Positions 45,570-55,084 of a stretch of 64,000 nucleotides of DNA are shown here, piece by piece. Source of the DNA: Leadbetterella sp. (lineage in GTDB: Bacteria; Bacteroidota; Bacteroidia; Cytophagales; Spirosomataceae); assembly GCA_019638185.1 (NCBI GenBank), contig JAHBUH010000005.1, positions 61,300 through 125,299 of the forward strand. Direction: 5' to 3'. The translations under genes were made by a program, and so were the position numbers. Position 1 is the first letter of the stretch; each line of letters opens with the position of its first letter. A model generated the notes under the pieces. The model was not told where the DNA came from. It worked only from the letters and a program-made list of their open reading frames with translations, and searched no databases.

Positions 45570-47195
45570 ATGCATAACGCAATATTCAATATTCCGAAAC
45601 CTGTGAACGAGCCGGTATTAGGCTATGCCCCGGGAAGTAAAGAGAAAACGGCCCTGGAAGCTGCCTTAAAGGAAGCCCGGAGCCGGCAGGTGGAGGTTCC
45701 CATGTATATCGGGGAGCGCACCGTACATACCGATACCAAAATCCGCTTATCGCCCCCTCATGACCACCAGCACGTGCTGGGACATGCGTCAGGAGGTAAT
45801 GCCGAGCACGTGCAGCAGGCCATTGATGCCGCCCTGGCCGCACGGGGAGCCTGGGCCGCGTTACCCTGGAGCGAGCGGGCCGCCATTTTCCTGAAGGCCG
45901 CCGATCTGCTGGCGGGCCCGTACCGCTGGAAAATGAACGCCGCCACCATGCTGGGCCAGTCTAAAAATGCCTTCCAGGCGGAGATCGATTCGGCCTGTGA
46001 GCTGATCGACTTCCTGCGTTTTAATGCTGCTTTTTACGAGGAGATCATGCAGGAGCAGCCGGTGTCTTCTCCCGGAGTATGGAATAAAATGGAGTACCGC
46101 CCGCTGGAGGGTTTTGTGTTTGCCCTGACTCCCTTTAACTTTACGGCCATTGCCGGAAACCTGCCGGCATCTGCCGCCCTGATGGGGAATGTGGTGGTAT
46201 GGAAGCCGTCTAATACGCAGATCTACTCGGCTAACGTGATCATGGAGATCTTCCGCGAAGCCGGCCTGCCTGACGGCGTGATTAACCTGGTGTATGTAGA
46301 CGGCCCTACCGCCGGCGACGTGATCTTCCGGCACCCTGATTTTGCAGGTATTCACTTTACCGGAAGCACCGGCGTATTTCAGAATATCTGGAAGACCATC
46401 GGCGAGAATATTCACCGGTATAAGTCGTATCCCCGCATAGTGGGTGAAACGGGCGGAAAAGACTTTGTGATAGCGCATAAATCAGCTAATGCCAAAGCCG
46501 TGGCCGTAGGACTGGTCAGAGGCGCATTTGAATACCAGGGCCAGAAGTGTTCAGCGGCCTCCAGGGCGTATATCCCTTCTAACCTGTGGGAAGAAGTGAA
46601 AGGGTATATGGTGGAAGACCTGGCGGGTATTAAGGTAGGCCCTACTGAAGATTTCTCGAATTTCGTGAACGCGGTGATCGATGAGAAGGCCTTTGATAAG
46701 ATCACCGGCTATATCACCCGGGCCCAGGCGCATGAAAATGCGGAGATCATTTCCGGGGGAAAATTTGATAAGTCGAAAGGCTATTTTATAGACCCTACCG
46801 TGATCCAAACCACCGATCCGCTGTATGAAAGCATGCAGGAGGAGATCTTCGGGCCGGTGCTTACGATATACGTTTATGATGAAAATAAATGGGAGGAAAC
46901 CCTGAAGCTGGTAGACAGTACCTCGCCTTATGCCCTCACAGGTGCGGTTTTTGCTACTGACCGCTATGCCATTCACCAGGCTACCCAACTGCTGGAAAAT
47001 GCGGCGGGTAATTTTTATGTGAATGATAAGCCTACCGGCGCAGTGGTGGGCCAGCAGCCTTTCGGCGGTGCCCGGGCTTCCGGAACTAACGATAAGGCCG
47101 GCTCCAAGCTGAACCTGCTGCGGTGGGTGAATGCCCGGACTATTAAGGAGACCTTTGTTTCGCCTACGGATTACCGCTACCCGTTCCTGGGGTAA
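45570..47195 (+). CDS. pruA: L-glutamate gamma-semialdehyde (P5C) dehydrogenase
   Basis: Likely ATG at 45570 (track start 45546 is a TTG inside a TAACTTTG -7 box); NEPV, FTGST, ETGGKDF, YQGQKCSAAS, EEIFGP, SGTNDKAGS. Confidence 0.93.
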   Translation: MHNAIFNIPKPVNEPVLGYAPGSKEKTALEAALKEARSRQVEVPMYIGERTVHTDTKIRLSPPHDHQHVLGHASGGNAEHVQQAIDAALAARGAWAALPWSERAAIFLKAADLLAGPYRWKMNAATMLGQSKNAFQAEIDSACELIDFLRFNAAFYEEIMQEQPVSSPGVWNKMEYRPLEGFVFALTPFNFTAIAGNLPASAALMGNVVVWKPSNTQIYSANVIMEIFREAGLPDGVINLVYVDGPTAGDVIFRHPDFAGIHFTGSTGVFQNIWKTIGENIHRYKSYPRIVGETGGKDFVIAHKSANAKAVAVGLVRGAFEYQGQKCSAASRAYIPSNLWEEVKGYMVEDLAGIKVGPTEDFSNFVNAVIDEKAFDKITGYITRAQAHENAEIISGGKFDKSKGYFIDPTVIQTTDPLYESMQEEIFGPVLTIYVYDENKWEETLKLVDSTSPYALTGAVFATDRYAIHQATQLLENAAGNFYVNDKPTGAVVGQQPFGGARASGTNDKAGSKLNLLRWVNARTIKETFVSPTDYRYPFLG

Positions 47196-47225
47196 AAGGC
47201 GGCCGTTTAAGAGGCGCTGATAAAT

Positions 47226-47263
47226 AAACTGCCTGAAGAGAGTCTTTCCTCTTCAGGCAGTTT
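47226..47263. terminator. Bidirectional intrinsic terminator
   Basis: AAACTGCCTGAAGAG-AGTCTTTC-CTCTTCAGGCAGTTT, perfect 15-bp stem between convergent genes. Confidence 0.85.
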
Positions 47264-47353
47264 ATGTATCCGGGTACCCTCCGTACCGGTTTGGCTCACG
47301 GATAGAATCGCGCCAGCCGGGGTGTCCCCGCCCTCAAATGCCGGCCGGGCCCG

Positions 47354-48262
47354 CTATTTTTCCCGCGCGGTCTGGCTGGTAAAGGTACTCTCAAAAATCT
47401 TATCCGCATTTCCCGTTTCAAAACCGTCTCTGCGGTGTTCCCGCTTTATTTCTTCGGGTTTCAGGTGGGCAAACTGCGGTAAAACTCTCCGTTCGGCAAA
47501 TTCCACGTAGCTGCCTGAGATGGTGTGAAGGTCGCCTTCCGCAAAACGCGCGCTGATCATTTCAGCCACGGTGGAGCTTTGCAGCAGTCCGCCGTCAGGG
47601 CTGACCTTTATTTTGCTGCCGGAGTCGTTAAGCTTTATCCCGATCCTCTCCAGGAAGGCATTAAACTCCTCCAGGGTGTTATAGCCCGGTTTCAGGTTAT
47701 GTACGGAAATGGTGTAATGATTCAGGTAATACCGGTTATAAATCACCCAGGCCGCGTATTCACTTTCCTTCAGTAGTATTTCGTAGTCGGCCCAGTCGGG
47801 CGTTCTCCACAGCGGCTGGTGGAGGAAGCGGTCTATGGCTTCGCCGTCGGTCAGGTCCAGGGCGTCTGCGGGGTCTGAGGTTACTTCATCCGTATAGGAG
47901 CGGATGAGGCGCTGGGCCGTTTCGCTGAGGTCATTGACCCGGAGTTCACTGACAAAAATCCGTGGGAAGTGCGGCTCAGGCGGCGAAAACCAGTAAGCAT
48001 CCAGTTTTTTGCCTTCAAAATAGAAGTAATCTCTTTTCTCATACCCCAGTGCCAGGAAAATCTTCTCAAAAGATTTTATGCCCAGGTGCTCCACTCCCAT
48101 GGTGCGGAAAGCCACATGGTCATTTTCAATCTCGCCGGCGTCGGCAATGATGCCTTCAGTCACCATGGCCCGGGTTATTTTTTTTACATCCGGAACCCGT
48201 TCGGAATAGCGTTTCATGAGCCCTTCGAGGGTTACCTCGAGGGGGGATAAGTTATCTTTCAT
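47354..48262 (-). CDS. DUF1338 protein (2-oxoadipate dioxygenase/decarboxylase HglS-like)
   Basis: DHVAFRT, ESEYAAW...NHYT, GGLLQSST, SYVEFAER motifs. Confidence 0.85.
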   Translation of the reverse strand: MKDNLSPLEVTLEGLMKRYSERVPDVKKITRAMVTEGIIADAGEIENDHVAFRTMGVEHLGIKSFEKIFLALGYEKRDYFYFEGKKLDAYWFSPPEPHFPRIFVSELRVNDLSETAQRLIRSYTDEVTSDPADALDLTDGEAIDRFLHQPLWRTPDWADYEILLKESEYAAWVIYNRYYLNHYTISVHNLKPGYNTLEEFNAFLERIGIKLNDSGSKIKVSPDGGLLQSSTVAEMISARFAEGDLHTISGSYVEFAERRVLPQFAHLKPEEIKREHRRDGFETGNADKIFESTFTSQTAREK

Positions 48263-48271
48263 AGGTGTAAA

Positions 48272-48316
48272 GTTTTAGCTGTTAGTCGCGGCGGCCGCTT
48301 CTAATAGCTCATAGCT
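48272..48316. repeat. Second heptamer-flanked GCGGCGGCCGC intergenic element
   Basis: GTTTTAG-CTGTTAG-TCGCGGCGGCCGCTT-CTAATAG-CTCATAG-CT; same layout as 3497-3625. Confidence 0.6.
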
Positions 48317-49373
48317 GTTTGTGCCGGTAGAATTTTCCGTTTTCCGTGTTTAAAAAATCTTCGAAACTGATCTCCTCCTGCTTGATGAAGCCTTTTTGAG
48401 GCAGTTTGCCGTCAGCTACCATCTCCACCACGGCGGCTATGGAGGCGGCGGTGGTCCAGGAAATGGCACGCCAGTGCTGCCCGTCGATCTCCACCGGGTA
48501 ATAGGCCTCATAAAACTCCTCGCGGGCTATTTCATTGTCCTTCCAGCCTTCTATGACAGCGTAAACGTAGACCACGTCTTCCTGTACGGGTGGCTTAGCC
48601 TCTGTAAGTATCTGCTCTACCAGCTCCCGTTTTTCTTTCAGGATCAGTTCATAGAGCAGAAACTTCATCAGCTTGGCATGACCGGGATAACGGATGGTCT
48701 TGTAGTTGAGGGTATCCACTTTCCCGGCGTAGGTGTCGCACATGGTACCCAGTCCGCCCGAGGTGCTGAACGCCTCAAACTCATTTCCCTCTATCTGGAT
48801 ATATTCCAGTCCGTCCAGAGAGGGTACCATTTTCTTTACGCCATTGTGGATAACTTCGGCATCGTTCAGGTACTCGTTAATCACGCCGGCCGGTGACCAG
48901 GTGAACGAGTACCCCAGAAGGCCGTTCGGGTAGCGGGGAAGGGCTCCTACACGCAGCTCAATATCGCGTAGGCGGGTGAATCGTTTGGCCAGGTGGGCAC
49001 CTACTATCCCGATCAGCCCCGGAGCCAGGCCGCACTGCGGCGCCATGGCGGCGGTAGCGGTTTTGGAAAGCTCCATGATGGCATTGGTAGTAGGTACGTC
49101 TTCCGTCAGGTCAAAGTAATGGATCCCGTTTTTATGAGCAACTTTCGCGATATTCAGGTTCAGGTTATACGGCATGGCGGAGGCCACGGCATCAAAGCCG
49201 GGGAGGGTTTTTTCCAGGAAGGCCACATCTGACACGTCGCCCTGGATCACCTCAAAGGGTAATTCCACTGCCGGCTTTCGTTTGTCGAGGCCGGTTACCG
49301 TAAAACGTTTGGCGAGTAAGATGCCTACCAGAGAGCCCACCTTACCCATGCCTATTACAAGTACATTTTTCAT
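48309..49373 (-). CDS. Saccharopine dehydrogenase-family protein (lysine 6-dehydrogenase-like)
   Basis: GMGKVG Rossmann motif, YFDLTED, PQCGLAPG, TWSPAGVINEY, KTIRYPGH. Confidence 0.88.
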   Translation of the reverse strand: MKNVLVIGMGKVGSLVGILLAKRFTVTGLDKRKPAVELPFEVIQGDVSDVAFLEKTLPGFDAVASAMPYNLNLNIAKVAHKNGIHYFDLTEDVPTTNAIMELSKTATAAMAPQCGLAPGLIGIVGAHLAKRFTRLRDIELRVGALPRYPNGLLGYSFTWSPAGVINEYLNDAEVIHNGVKKMVPSLDGLEYIQIEGNEFEAFSTSGGLGTMCDTYAGKVDTLNYKTIRYPGHAKLMKFLLYELILKEKRELVEQILTEAKPPVQEDVVYVYAVIEGWKDNEIAREEFYEAYYPVEIDGQHWRAISWTTAASIAAVVEMVADGKLPQKGFIKQEEISFEDFLNTENGKFYRHKQL

Positions 49374-49586
49374 GTTTTAATAGTTTGGGGAATGCACATG
49401 ACAGCGCATGCGCATAAATAATAAAATAAATATAAGGGGCGTTGCAAAAATGCACGCCGGAGAGGAATGTCAGAGGAAGCCTGACTAGCAAATATCAGGA
49501 ACAAACGAACAGGCGCTACGCAGGTAGGCCAGTCGGGCAAGGAAATATTTAAGATCTTTGAACAATGCGGGGCTGAATTATCCGCT

Positions 49587-49618
49587 CAAATATAGGCAAG
49601 GCTAAGATGAGGGGCAAA
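49587..49618 (-). promoter_or_regulatory. Bacteroidota primary-sigma promoter of the lysine-catabolic operon
   Basis: Minus strand TTTG-N20-TATATTTG, exact match to the -33/-7 consensus; implies a leader of about 200 nt. Confidence 0.75.
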
Positions 49619-49647
49619 TTTTATCATGAATTTTTTAAAGATGGATT

Positions 49648-50913
49648 TCAGGTGAGGTTTTTCAGGGCCGCAGCGCCCAGCAGCGCCCGCCGGTAGATGC
49701 TTTCCCTTTTCTTACCGCATTCCGGAGAGGAGTAATCTTCCGTCAGGATCTTGGCGGCGTGTTCCGTGAAGTTATTCTGCAGCTCCGGGTTATTCAGGAG
49801 CTGGTGGGTGGCAATGATGAAGTCATCTGCGCTATCGGCTATCTTACAGTTCAGGTCATTTATCATAGGTAGCCCTTCTGCCCCCACGGAGGTACTTACT
49901 ACCGGTACGTGATAGGATACCCCTTCCAGGATCTTCATGCGCATGCCACTGCCTATCCGGAGCGGCACAATCATCACGGATCCCCGCATCACGGTCTCCA
50001 GGTCAGGCACAAAACCCTCAAAGGTGACATGGCTGTAGTTTTCAAACCATTTCTTTTTTTCTGCCGACCAGCGCCCCACGATACTCAGGTGCACGCCGGG
50101 GTTAAGCCGTTGGATCTCGCTCCAGCAGTTACTCAGGAACCAGTCTATGCCATCCAGGTTAGGGTAGTGCTGGTCCGGCCCCAGGAAAAGCAGGCGGTTT
50201 CGCGAAATAAAAGGCTTATTAATCTCGTGTTCAAACATCACCATTGGAAGGGGCGATACTTCCAGTTTGTCTTTGTGCACCCCGTCCTGGAGCAGGATCT
50301 GCTTGTCGGTTTCCGTCAGGCACACCACTTTATCAAAGCGGTTGATCAGCCCGATCTCCAGGATTTTAGTGTTCTGGATCTTCCAGTCGTCTGCAGTGCG
50401 GTGATCCTGCAGGGTGCCTTTTTCCAGCATCATCCGCTTATAACGGATCTCGTGATGTACAAATATCTTGGGGATGTCCGGGGGGATGAAATGCACCAGG
50501 GGGGCAAGGTCTATAAAATCAATCTGCACCAGGTCAAAAATCCCCAGGAGGATCTCACTCTGAAAAACATTCAGGAGGTCTTCAAAGTAATAGTTGACCA
50601 TATCAGAGGTATTCAGCAGCATTTCCTGCTCCATGACCTGCTCTTTGGTGAGTTTGCGCTGCCTGCCGCTGATTTTTTTCAGGAAGTCTACTACCACGCC
50701 GTCTTTGGGCGCCCCGGGCGACTGCCGGAAGGTTTTAATGTTTACATCCGGCCAAAGCTTCCTCAGTTCGCTGAGGTTATTTTCCGTACTTTCCGGAACA
50801 ATGAAGGTTACAGCATGATTTTCCCGCAGGGATTCCACCATCCGGAAAGTGCCGCTTTTGCCACCGTCATTGATGGGATAGGGGAATACTAATGTGACCA
50901 GCAGGATGTTCAT
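49648..50913 (-). CDS. Glycosyltransferase family 4
   Basis: FPYPINDGG start, PNLDGIDWF, PLRIGSGMRMKILE, VVSTSVGAEG. Confidence 0.9.
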   Translation of the reverse strand: MNILLVTLVFPYPINDGGKSGTFRMVESLRENHAVTFIVPESTENNLSELRKLWPDVNIKTFRQSPGAPKDGVVVDFLKKISGRQRKLTKEQVMEQEMLLNTSDMVNYYFEDLLNVFQSEILLGIFDLVQIDFIDLAPLVHFIPPDIPKIFVHHEIRYKRMMLEKGTLQDHRTADDWKIQNTKILEIGLINRFDKVVCLTETDKQILLQDGVHKDKLEVSPLPMVMFEHEINKPFISRNRLLFLGPDQHYPNLDGIDWFLSNCWSEIQRLNPGVHLSIVGRWSAEKKKWFENYSHVTFEGFVPDLETVMRGSVMIVPLRIGSGMRMKILEGVSYHVPVVSTSVGAEGLPMINDLNCKIADSADDFIIATHQLLNNPELQNNFTEHAAKILTEDYSSPECGKKRESIYRRALLGAAALKNLT

Positions 50914-50918
50914 GACTG

Positions 50919-51914
50919 TTATACCGGTAATTTTTCAAAGAAAAGGTAAATCCTGAAAGTAACGGCCGTCAGGAATTTTTTCAGCGCACTTTTCGAAGGA
51001 GCGGGGGGGACAGGCTTCAGGTAAAAACAACGGATCGTCTTCAAATATTCGTTACCGTTAGCTTTCAGTTTAGCCCGGTAGCTTTTGAAAAGCTCCACCA
51101 GGTCCGGCCGGTTATTCAGGTCAAAACGGTCCTGCCATCGGGAGATATTGACCGGATCACTGATGTTAATGCCGCTGTAATGATAAAATACCAGCGGTAC
51201 ACCGTTAGCCTGGTATTTTCCGTTTTCCAGGCTGAGGGTACGTTCATGCAGGTTCCAGTAGGAAATATTATAGCCGGGGTACTTGTCTATTTTCACGCCT
51301 TCGTAGTAAAGCGGGACCATATTGCAGTACAGCTGGTCTACAAACATCCCGTTCTGGATATCCATATAGCACTCTGTTTTCAGCTTTATCATCCACCAAT
51401 TTAGGAATTTAAAGGTTTCCTCTGATCGTTTAACGGCTAAAAATCCTAAATTATATATCCCGTTAACGAACATTTGCTGTTCGGTACGGGTTTTTTTGTC
51501 GAAAATGGGGGTATAAAAATGGGGCGTGAGGATGATATTATGAGTATCCAGGCCCTCTTCAATTCCGGTCAGCCGGTCAAAAATCTCAATATCGGGATCG
51601 AAATAAATGATGCGCTCAATATCCGGCCGGGTGTTAAAAAAGTAATTGAAATAGAAGGGTTTAACGGCCGTGTTCAGCTCGGTGATGTCATACCGGTCCG
51701 TCATTTCATCAAAGCCGTCTATGCCCAGGGTATGTACTTCCAGCAGGTTCAGGCCGGCCAGCCGGCTCCTGTCCACCCCGCTGCCTTCAATTTTATCACA
51801 CAGGCCTATCACAAACTCGTAATCGGGATTGGTTTGCCGGATGGAATCGGCCAGGATCTTAGCCTGGGCCAGGTAGTTGATGGAACAGATGGTAAATGCG
51901 AACTTTTGAGCCAT
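50919..51914 (-). CDS. Glycosyltransferase, GT-A (GT8-like)
   Basis: Likely start MAQKFAFTICSINYLAQA at 51914; ELNTAVKP, YFDPD, GIYNLGF, DQ, NISYWNLHER, FYHYSG. Confidence 0.8.
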   Translation of the reverse strand: MAQKFAFTICSINYLAQAKILADSIRQTNPDYEFVIGLCDKIEGSGVDRSRLAGLNLLEVHTLGIDGFDEMTDRYDITELNTAVKPFYFNYFFNTRPDIERIIYFDPDIEIFDRLTGIEEGLDTHNIILTPHFYTPIFDKKTRTEQQMFVNGIYNLGFLAVKRSEETFKFLNWWMIKLKTECYMDIQNGMFVDQLYCNMVPLYYEGVKIDKYPGYNISYWNLHERTLSLENGKYQANGVPLVFYHYSGINISDPVNISRWQDRFDLNNRPDLVELFKSYRAKLKANGNEYLKTIRCFYLKPVPPAPSKSALKKFLTAVTFRIYLFFEKLPV

Positions 51915-52028
51915 ACTCTGGGATAAAAGATGACAAAAATACAACCCGAATTCTGAATAAGCAATTCTCTCATTTCTTATTCAGGGATAAGTGCTTTTTT
52001 ACCCGGACTTCATAAACGCCTGAGCCGG

Positions 52029-52496
52029 CTATGGGTATCGTTTAATCACCTCCTCCAGTCGCTCATCCGGTGTGAAAGGGAGCGTTTCCACCAGCTTTAC
52101 CTTTTTGTAGCCCGGGTGGAGGGTGTTAATGATCACGTTTTGGTTCTCCGGTACCACGGCTGAGGGCACGCGGAGGCAGAGGTGCTCTGAGCGGTCAAAC
52201 CAGTCGTCACCGATGCGCTGGCAGGCGTTATAATTTCTGAAGTTTCGCCAGTTAAGGGGCAGTTGGGAAGTGGCAATGTCCAGGAAGGAGGCATGGGGCG
52301 GCAGGTAAATGACCATGATCCGGAAGTCGTTATTAAAACCCAGGCCCCGCCGGTGATGCAGGGTCTCCAGGTAGGCCAGGGATACATTCCCGGCCGTATA
52401 CAGTACTTTTTTACCCTCGCTGTTCCAGCGCCCTTCCATTCCGCCGGCAAAGAGCGAGTTCGCGTATTTTTTGTGGACTATCCTGTAAACCAGCAT
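52029..52496 (-). CDS. RES-domain toxin (NAD+-degrading MbcT/ParT family)
   Basis: YRI...GRWN...LAYLE...VPSAVVP...INTLHP (R, E, S residues). Confidence 0.9.
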   Translation of the reverse strand: MLVYRIVHKKYANSLFAGGMEGRWNSEGKKVLYTAGNVSLAYLETLHHRRGLGFNNDFRIMVIYLPPHASFLDIATSQLPLNWRNFRNYNACQRIGDDWFDRSEHLCLRVPSAVVPENQNVIINTLHPGYKKVKLVETLPFTPDERLEEVIKRYP

Positions 52497-52505
52497 AATA
52501 GTGAA

Positions 52506-52970
52506 TTATAAGGGGTAACCCTGAGCCAGTTTTTCTATTTCTTCATAGACCAGGTCCACACCACCCGGGGTGGTGATCAGGTCCATGGGCCTCTCATCCG
52601 AATGGAAGAAAGGGCGGTTCATCCAGAGTGAAAACTCTTCAAAAGAACCGAATATCTCTTCTCCCAGGTCATACAGGTTAATGAGCTTCAGCAGGTGCTC
52701 ACTGTAATTAGGATCCAGGAATTTTTTCTGCTCACGGTAATTACTGATGGTGCGGGGCGACAGGTTAATAACGGAGGCCAGGGTTTTCTCCGGCATATTA
52801 ATGGCATCTGCCAGCGAGTAGAATACCTCCGTTTTTACGCCTTCCCGGGCTTTTTTAATCAGGCGGTATTCATCTTTAATGGCATAGCTCCTGAAAACCG
52901 GTGCGCCGTACATGACGGCAGGCTCAGCTACTTCAGAAGGCGACTCTTTCGGAATTTTATATTTAGCCAT
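52506..52970 (-). CDS. Xre/MbcA/ParS antitoxin
   Basis: HTH-like LASVINLSPRTI, C-terminal W...P...PMDLITTPGGVDLV...LAQG; directly upstream of RES. Confidence 0.9.
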   Translation of the reverse strand: MAKYKIPKESPSEVAEPAVMYGAPVFRSYAIKDEYRLIKKAREGVKTEVFYSLADAINMPEKTLASVINLSPRTISNYREQKKFLDPNYSEHLLKLINLYDLGEEIFGSFEEFSLWMNRPFFHSDERPMDLITTPGGVDLVYEEIEKLAQGYPL

Positions 52971-52981
52971 GACGCTGTGTT

Positions 52982-53018
52982 TTTTTTACAAAAGTAGTAA
53001 TTTTTCAATTGTAAAAAA
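52982..53018. promoter_or_regulatory. Candidate TA promoter and autoregulatory operator
   Basis: TTTTTTACAA-N17-TTGTAAAAAA inverted repeat overlapping a minus-strand TACTTTTG -7 box (52989-52996). Confidence 0.45.
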
Positions 53019-53030
53019 GAATTTTTTCAT

Positions 53031-54383
53031 TTATTCTTCCAGCTTCATCCGGATCCGCCATTCGGTGGGCAGGTAGTTATTGGTACGCTCGACGATGATT
53101 TTCACCCAGCCCAGCGCCAGGTTTTCATACGTGGCCAGCGCCCAGCCGTTCCGGTGCTCAGGCAGCTCAAAGGCTTCTTTTTTCAGGTAAAGCAGGGCGT
53201 CTCTTTCCGGCAGGTCAATCCGCTGAACTTCTTCGGAAACCAGTCCCGATAAGGCCAAAGCATGCGAAGGAATGAAATCATTGCCCTTAAAATGGCCCAG
53301 TTCCAGCCCGGAGGAGCGTTTCTGCAGGGCCCTGAGCACCGAGCCGGTCTCATTCAGGAGACTTTGTTTTATGGCGATGATCACGCCGTCATTTTTCAGG
53401 AAATATTCAAAACTTCCATAGGCTTCCGGCCGGATCCACCGGGCCAGCAGCTCGGCCTGCCGGCGGGGCAGCCGGGGGATGTTCGGCTTGCCTTTAACAT
53501 ACCGCTCGTCGCGACTTTTATTCCGGAAAGCCGCCACATAAAAGCCTTCTCCTTTTACCCGGTGAGGGAAAAACTGGAGCCCGGGGTTTCCTTTTACGAT
53601 CCCCCATGCCTCCGGGACCTCGATTTCCACCGGCTCAAAATCCAGTGTCCGGGTCAGCCAGTGTGCATTTTCCTGGTTTTCAGGTGCGTTATAGGTGCAG
53701 GTGGAATAGACCAGGAGGCCATCCGGGGCCACCAGCATGGCCGCTGCACTCAGGATACGCTTCTGGCGGGCCGAGCAGATCAGGACATTTTCTTCTGACC
53801 ACTCGTTTACGGCATCGGGGGTTTTGCGGAACATCCCTTCACCTGAGCAGGGGGCATCTACCAACACAATATCAAAAAATCCTTCCAGGTCAGCAAAGGT
53901 CTCCGGGTCCTGGTTAACCGTGATCACGTTCGGGAAACCCCATTTCAGCAGGTTTTCTTTCAGGATACTTACCCGGCTTTTGATGACCTCGTTAGCCACC
54001 AGCAGGTCATTTTCAGATAGCAGCGATGCCAGGAGGGTGGTTTTACCCCCCGGTGCGGCACACAGGTCCAGCACCCTCAGCGGCCGGCCGGCCGGTGTAT
54101 GGTTTTTGATAATGTGTTCGATGATCATGGAGGAGGCCTCCTGCACATAGTAAGCACCGGCATGAAACGCCGGGTCCAGTGTAAATACCGGCCGGTTTTC
54201 CAGGTAATAGCCCCAGGAAGACCAGGGAACGGGATCGTTTAGCGCGAAGGCCGGTTTAAACGGCTTGGCCGGGTTTAAACGGATGCTGACCGGCGATTCG
54301 GTCTGAAGCGCTTTTTCAAATTCCCCGTAGGTATCTCCTAAAATGGTTTTCAGACGGTCTGAAAATTTTTCCGGCAGGTTCAT
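53031..54383 (-). CDS. RsmB/RsmF (NOL1/NOP2/Sun) RNA m5C methyltransferase
   Basis: QEASSM, LDLCAAPGGKT, DAPCSGEG, YSTCT, C-terminal PUA-like region. Confidence 0.92.
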   Translation of the reverse strand: MNLPEKFSDRLKTILGDTYGEFEKALQTESPVSIRLNPAKPFKPAFALNDPVPWSSWGYYLENRPVFTLDPAFHAGAYYVQEASSMIIEHIIKNHTPAGRPLRVLDLCAAPGGKTTLLASLLSENDLLVANEVIKSRVSILKENLLKWGFPNVITVNQDPETFADLEGFFDIVLVDAPCSGEGMFRKTPDAVNEWSEENVLICSARQKRILSAAAMLVAPDGLLVYSTCTYNAPENQENAHWLTRTLDFEPVEIEVPEAWGIVKGNPGLQFFPHRVKGEGFYVAAFRNKSRDERYVKGKPNIPRLPRRQAELLARWIRPEAYGSFEYFLKNDGVIIAIKQSLLNETGSVLRALQKRSSGLELGHFKGNDFIPSHALALSGLVSEEVQRIDLPERDALLYLKKEAFELPEHRNGWALATYENLALGWVKIIVERTNNYLPTEWRIRMKLEE

Positions 54384-54409
54384 GATGTTTATTAAGTTTG
54401 GGTGAGCGT

Positions 54410-54916
54410 TTAACGGTGGCTCATCAGTACGATAGGCCGCTGAAGCGCCAGGTTATTCGGGTAAGAAATGATCACCCCTTCATCGGTTTCGATATGAATA
54501 TTAAAAAAAGTGATGTCGTGCACTTTGCCTTCCACGGAGTCGTCTTTGTCCATGATCCGGATTCGGGAACCTATTTTAAACGGCGAATTGAAAAATAGAA
54601 TGATGGAGGCCGTCACGTTACTGATGATAGACCACTGGGCAAACAGCGCCACCCCCACCACGGCAAAAACCGAGGCAAAATAGACCGAAAGGCCTTTTAC
54701 GGAAATGTCCCATACGATGCCCAGGATAATGAACAAAAGGATGGCCAGGGTGAAGTTAAAAAACTTATTGGCATAAACCCGCTGCGAATCATCCAGCTCA
54801 TGTTTCCGGGCATGGTTCCGGATGATGAGGCGGGAAATCTCCCGGATAACAAAAAGGAGAATAAAGGCGATCAGGCTGATGCCTATCTTCATGTACAATT
54901 CTTCGGTTTTAAGCAT
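54410..54916 (-). CDS. Small MscS-family mechanosensitive channel protein
   Basis: Likely start MLKTEE at 54916; three TM helices, PFKIGSRIRI, GKVHDITFF, YPNN. Confidence 0.82.
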   Translation of the reverse strand: MLKTEELYMKIGISLIAFILLFVIREISRLIIRNHARKHELDDSQRVYANKFFNFTLAILLFIILGIVWDISVKGLSVYFASVFAVVGVALFAQWSIISNVTASIILFFNSPFKIGSRIRIMDKDDSVEGKVHDITFFNIHIETDEGVIISYPNNLALQRPIVLMSHR

Positions 54917-55084
54917 TATGTCAATTTTTCTGTAAAAATATTCAATTCCCGGCCAAAAACCGGCTTTTATCCTACATACCTTCAGGGAAAAGAGATTTAA
55001 AACCCCTTTATGATTTTCAGGCTTATCCCGCCGGCCTTCATGCAAAAGGCCCTGACGGCCCCCGTAAACCGGATTTTCCGGAGT

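Noticed and set aside
49374-49586. Canonical lysine or SAM riboswitch
   Set aside because: Recalled consensus elements are not present; kept only as an unassigned leader
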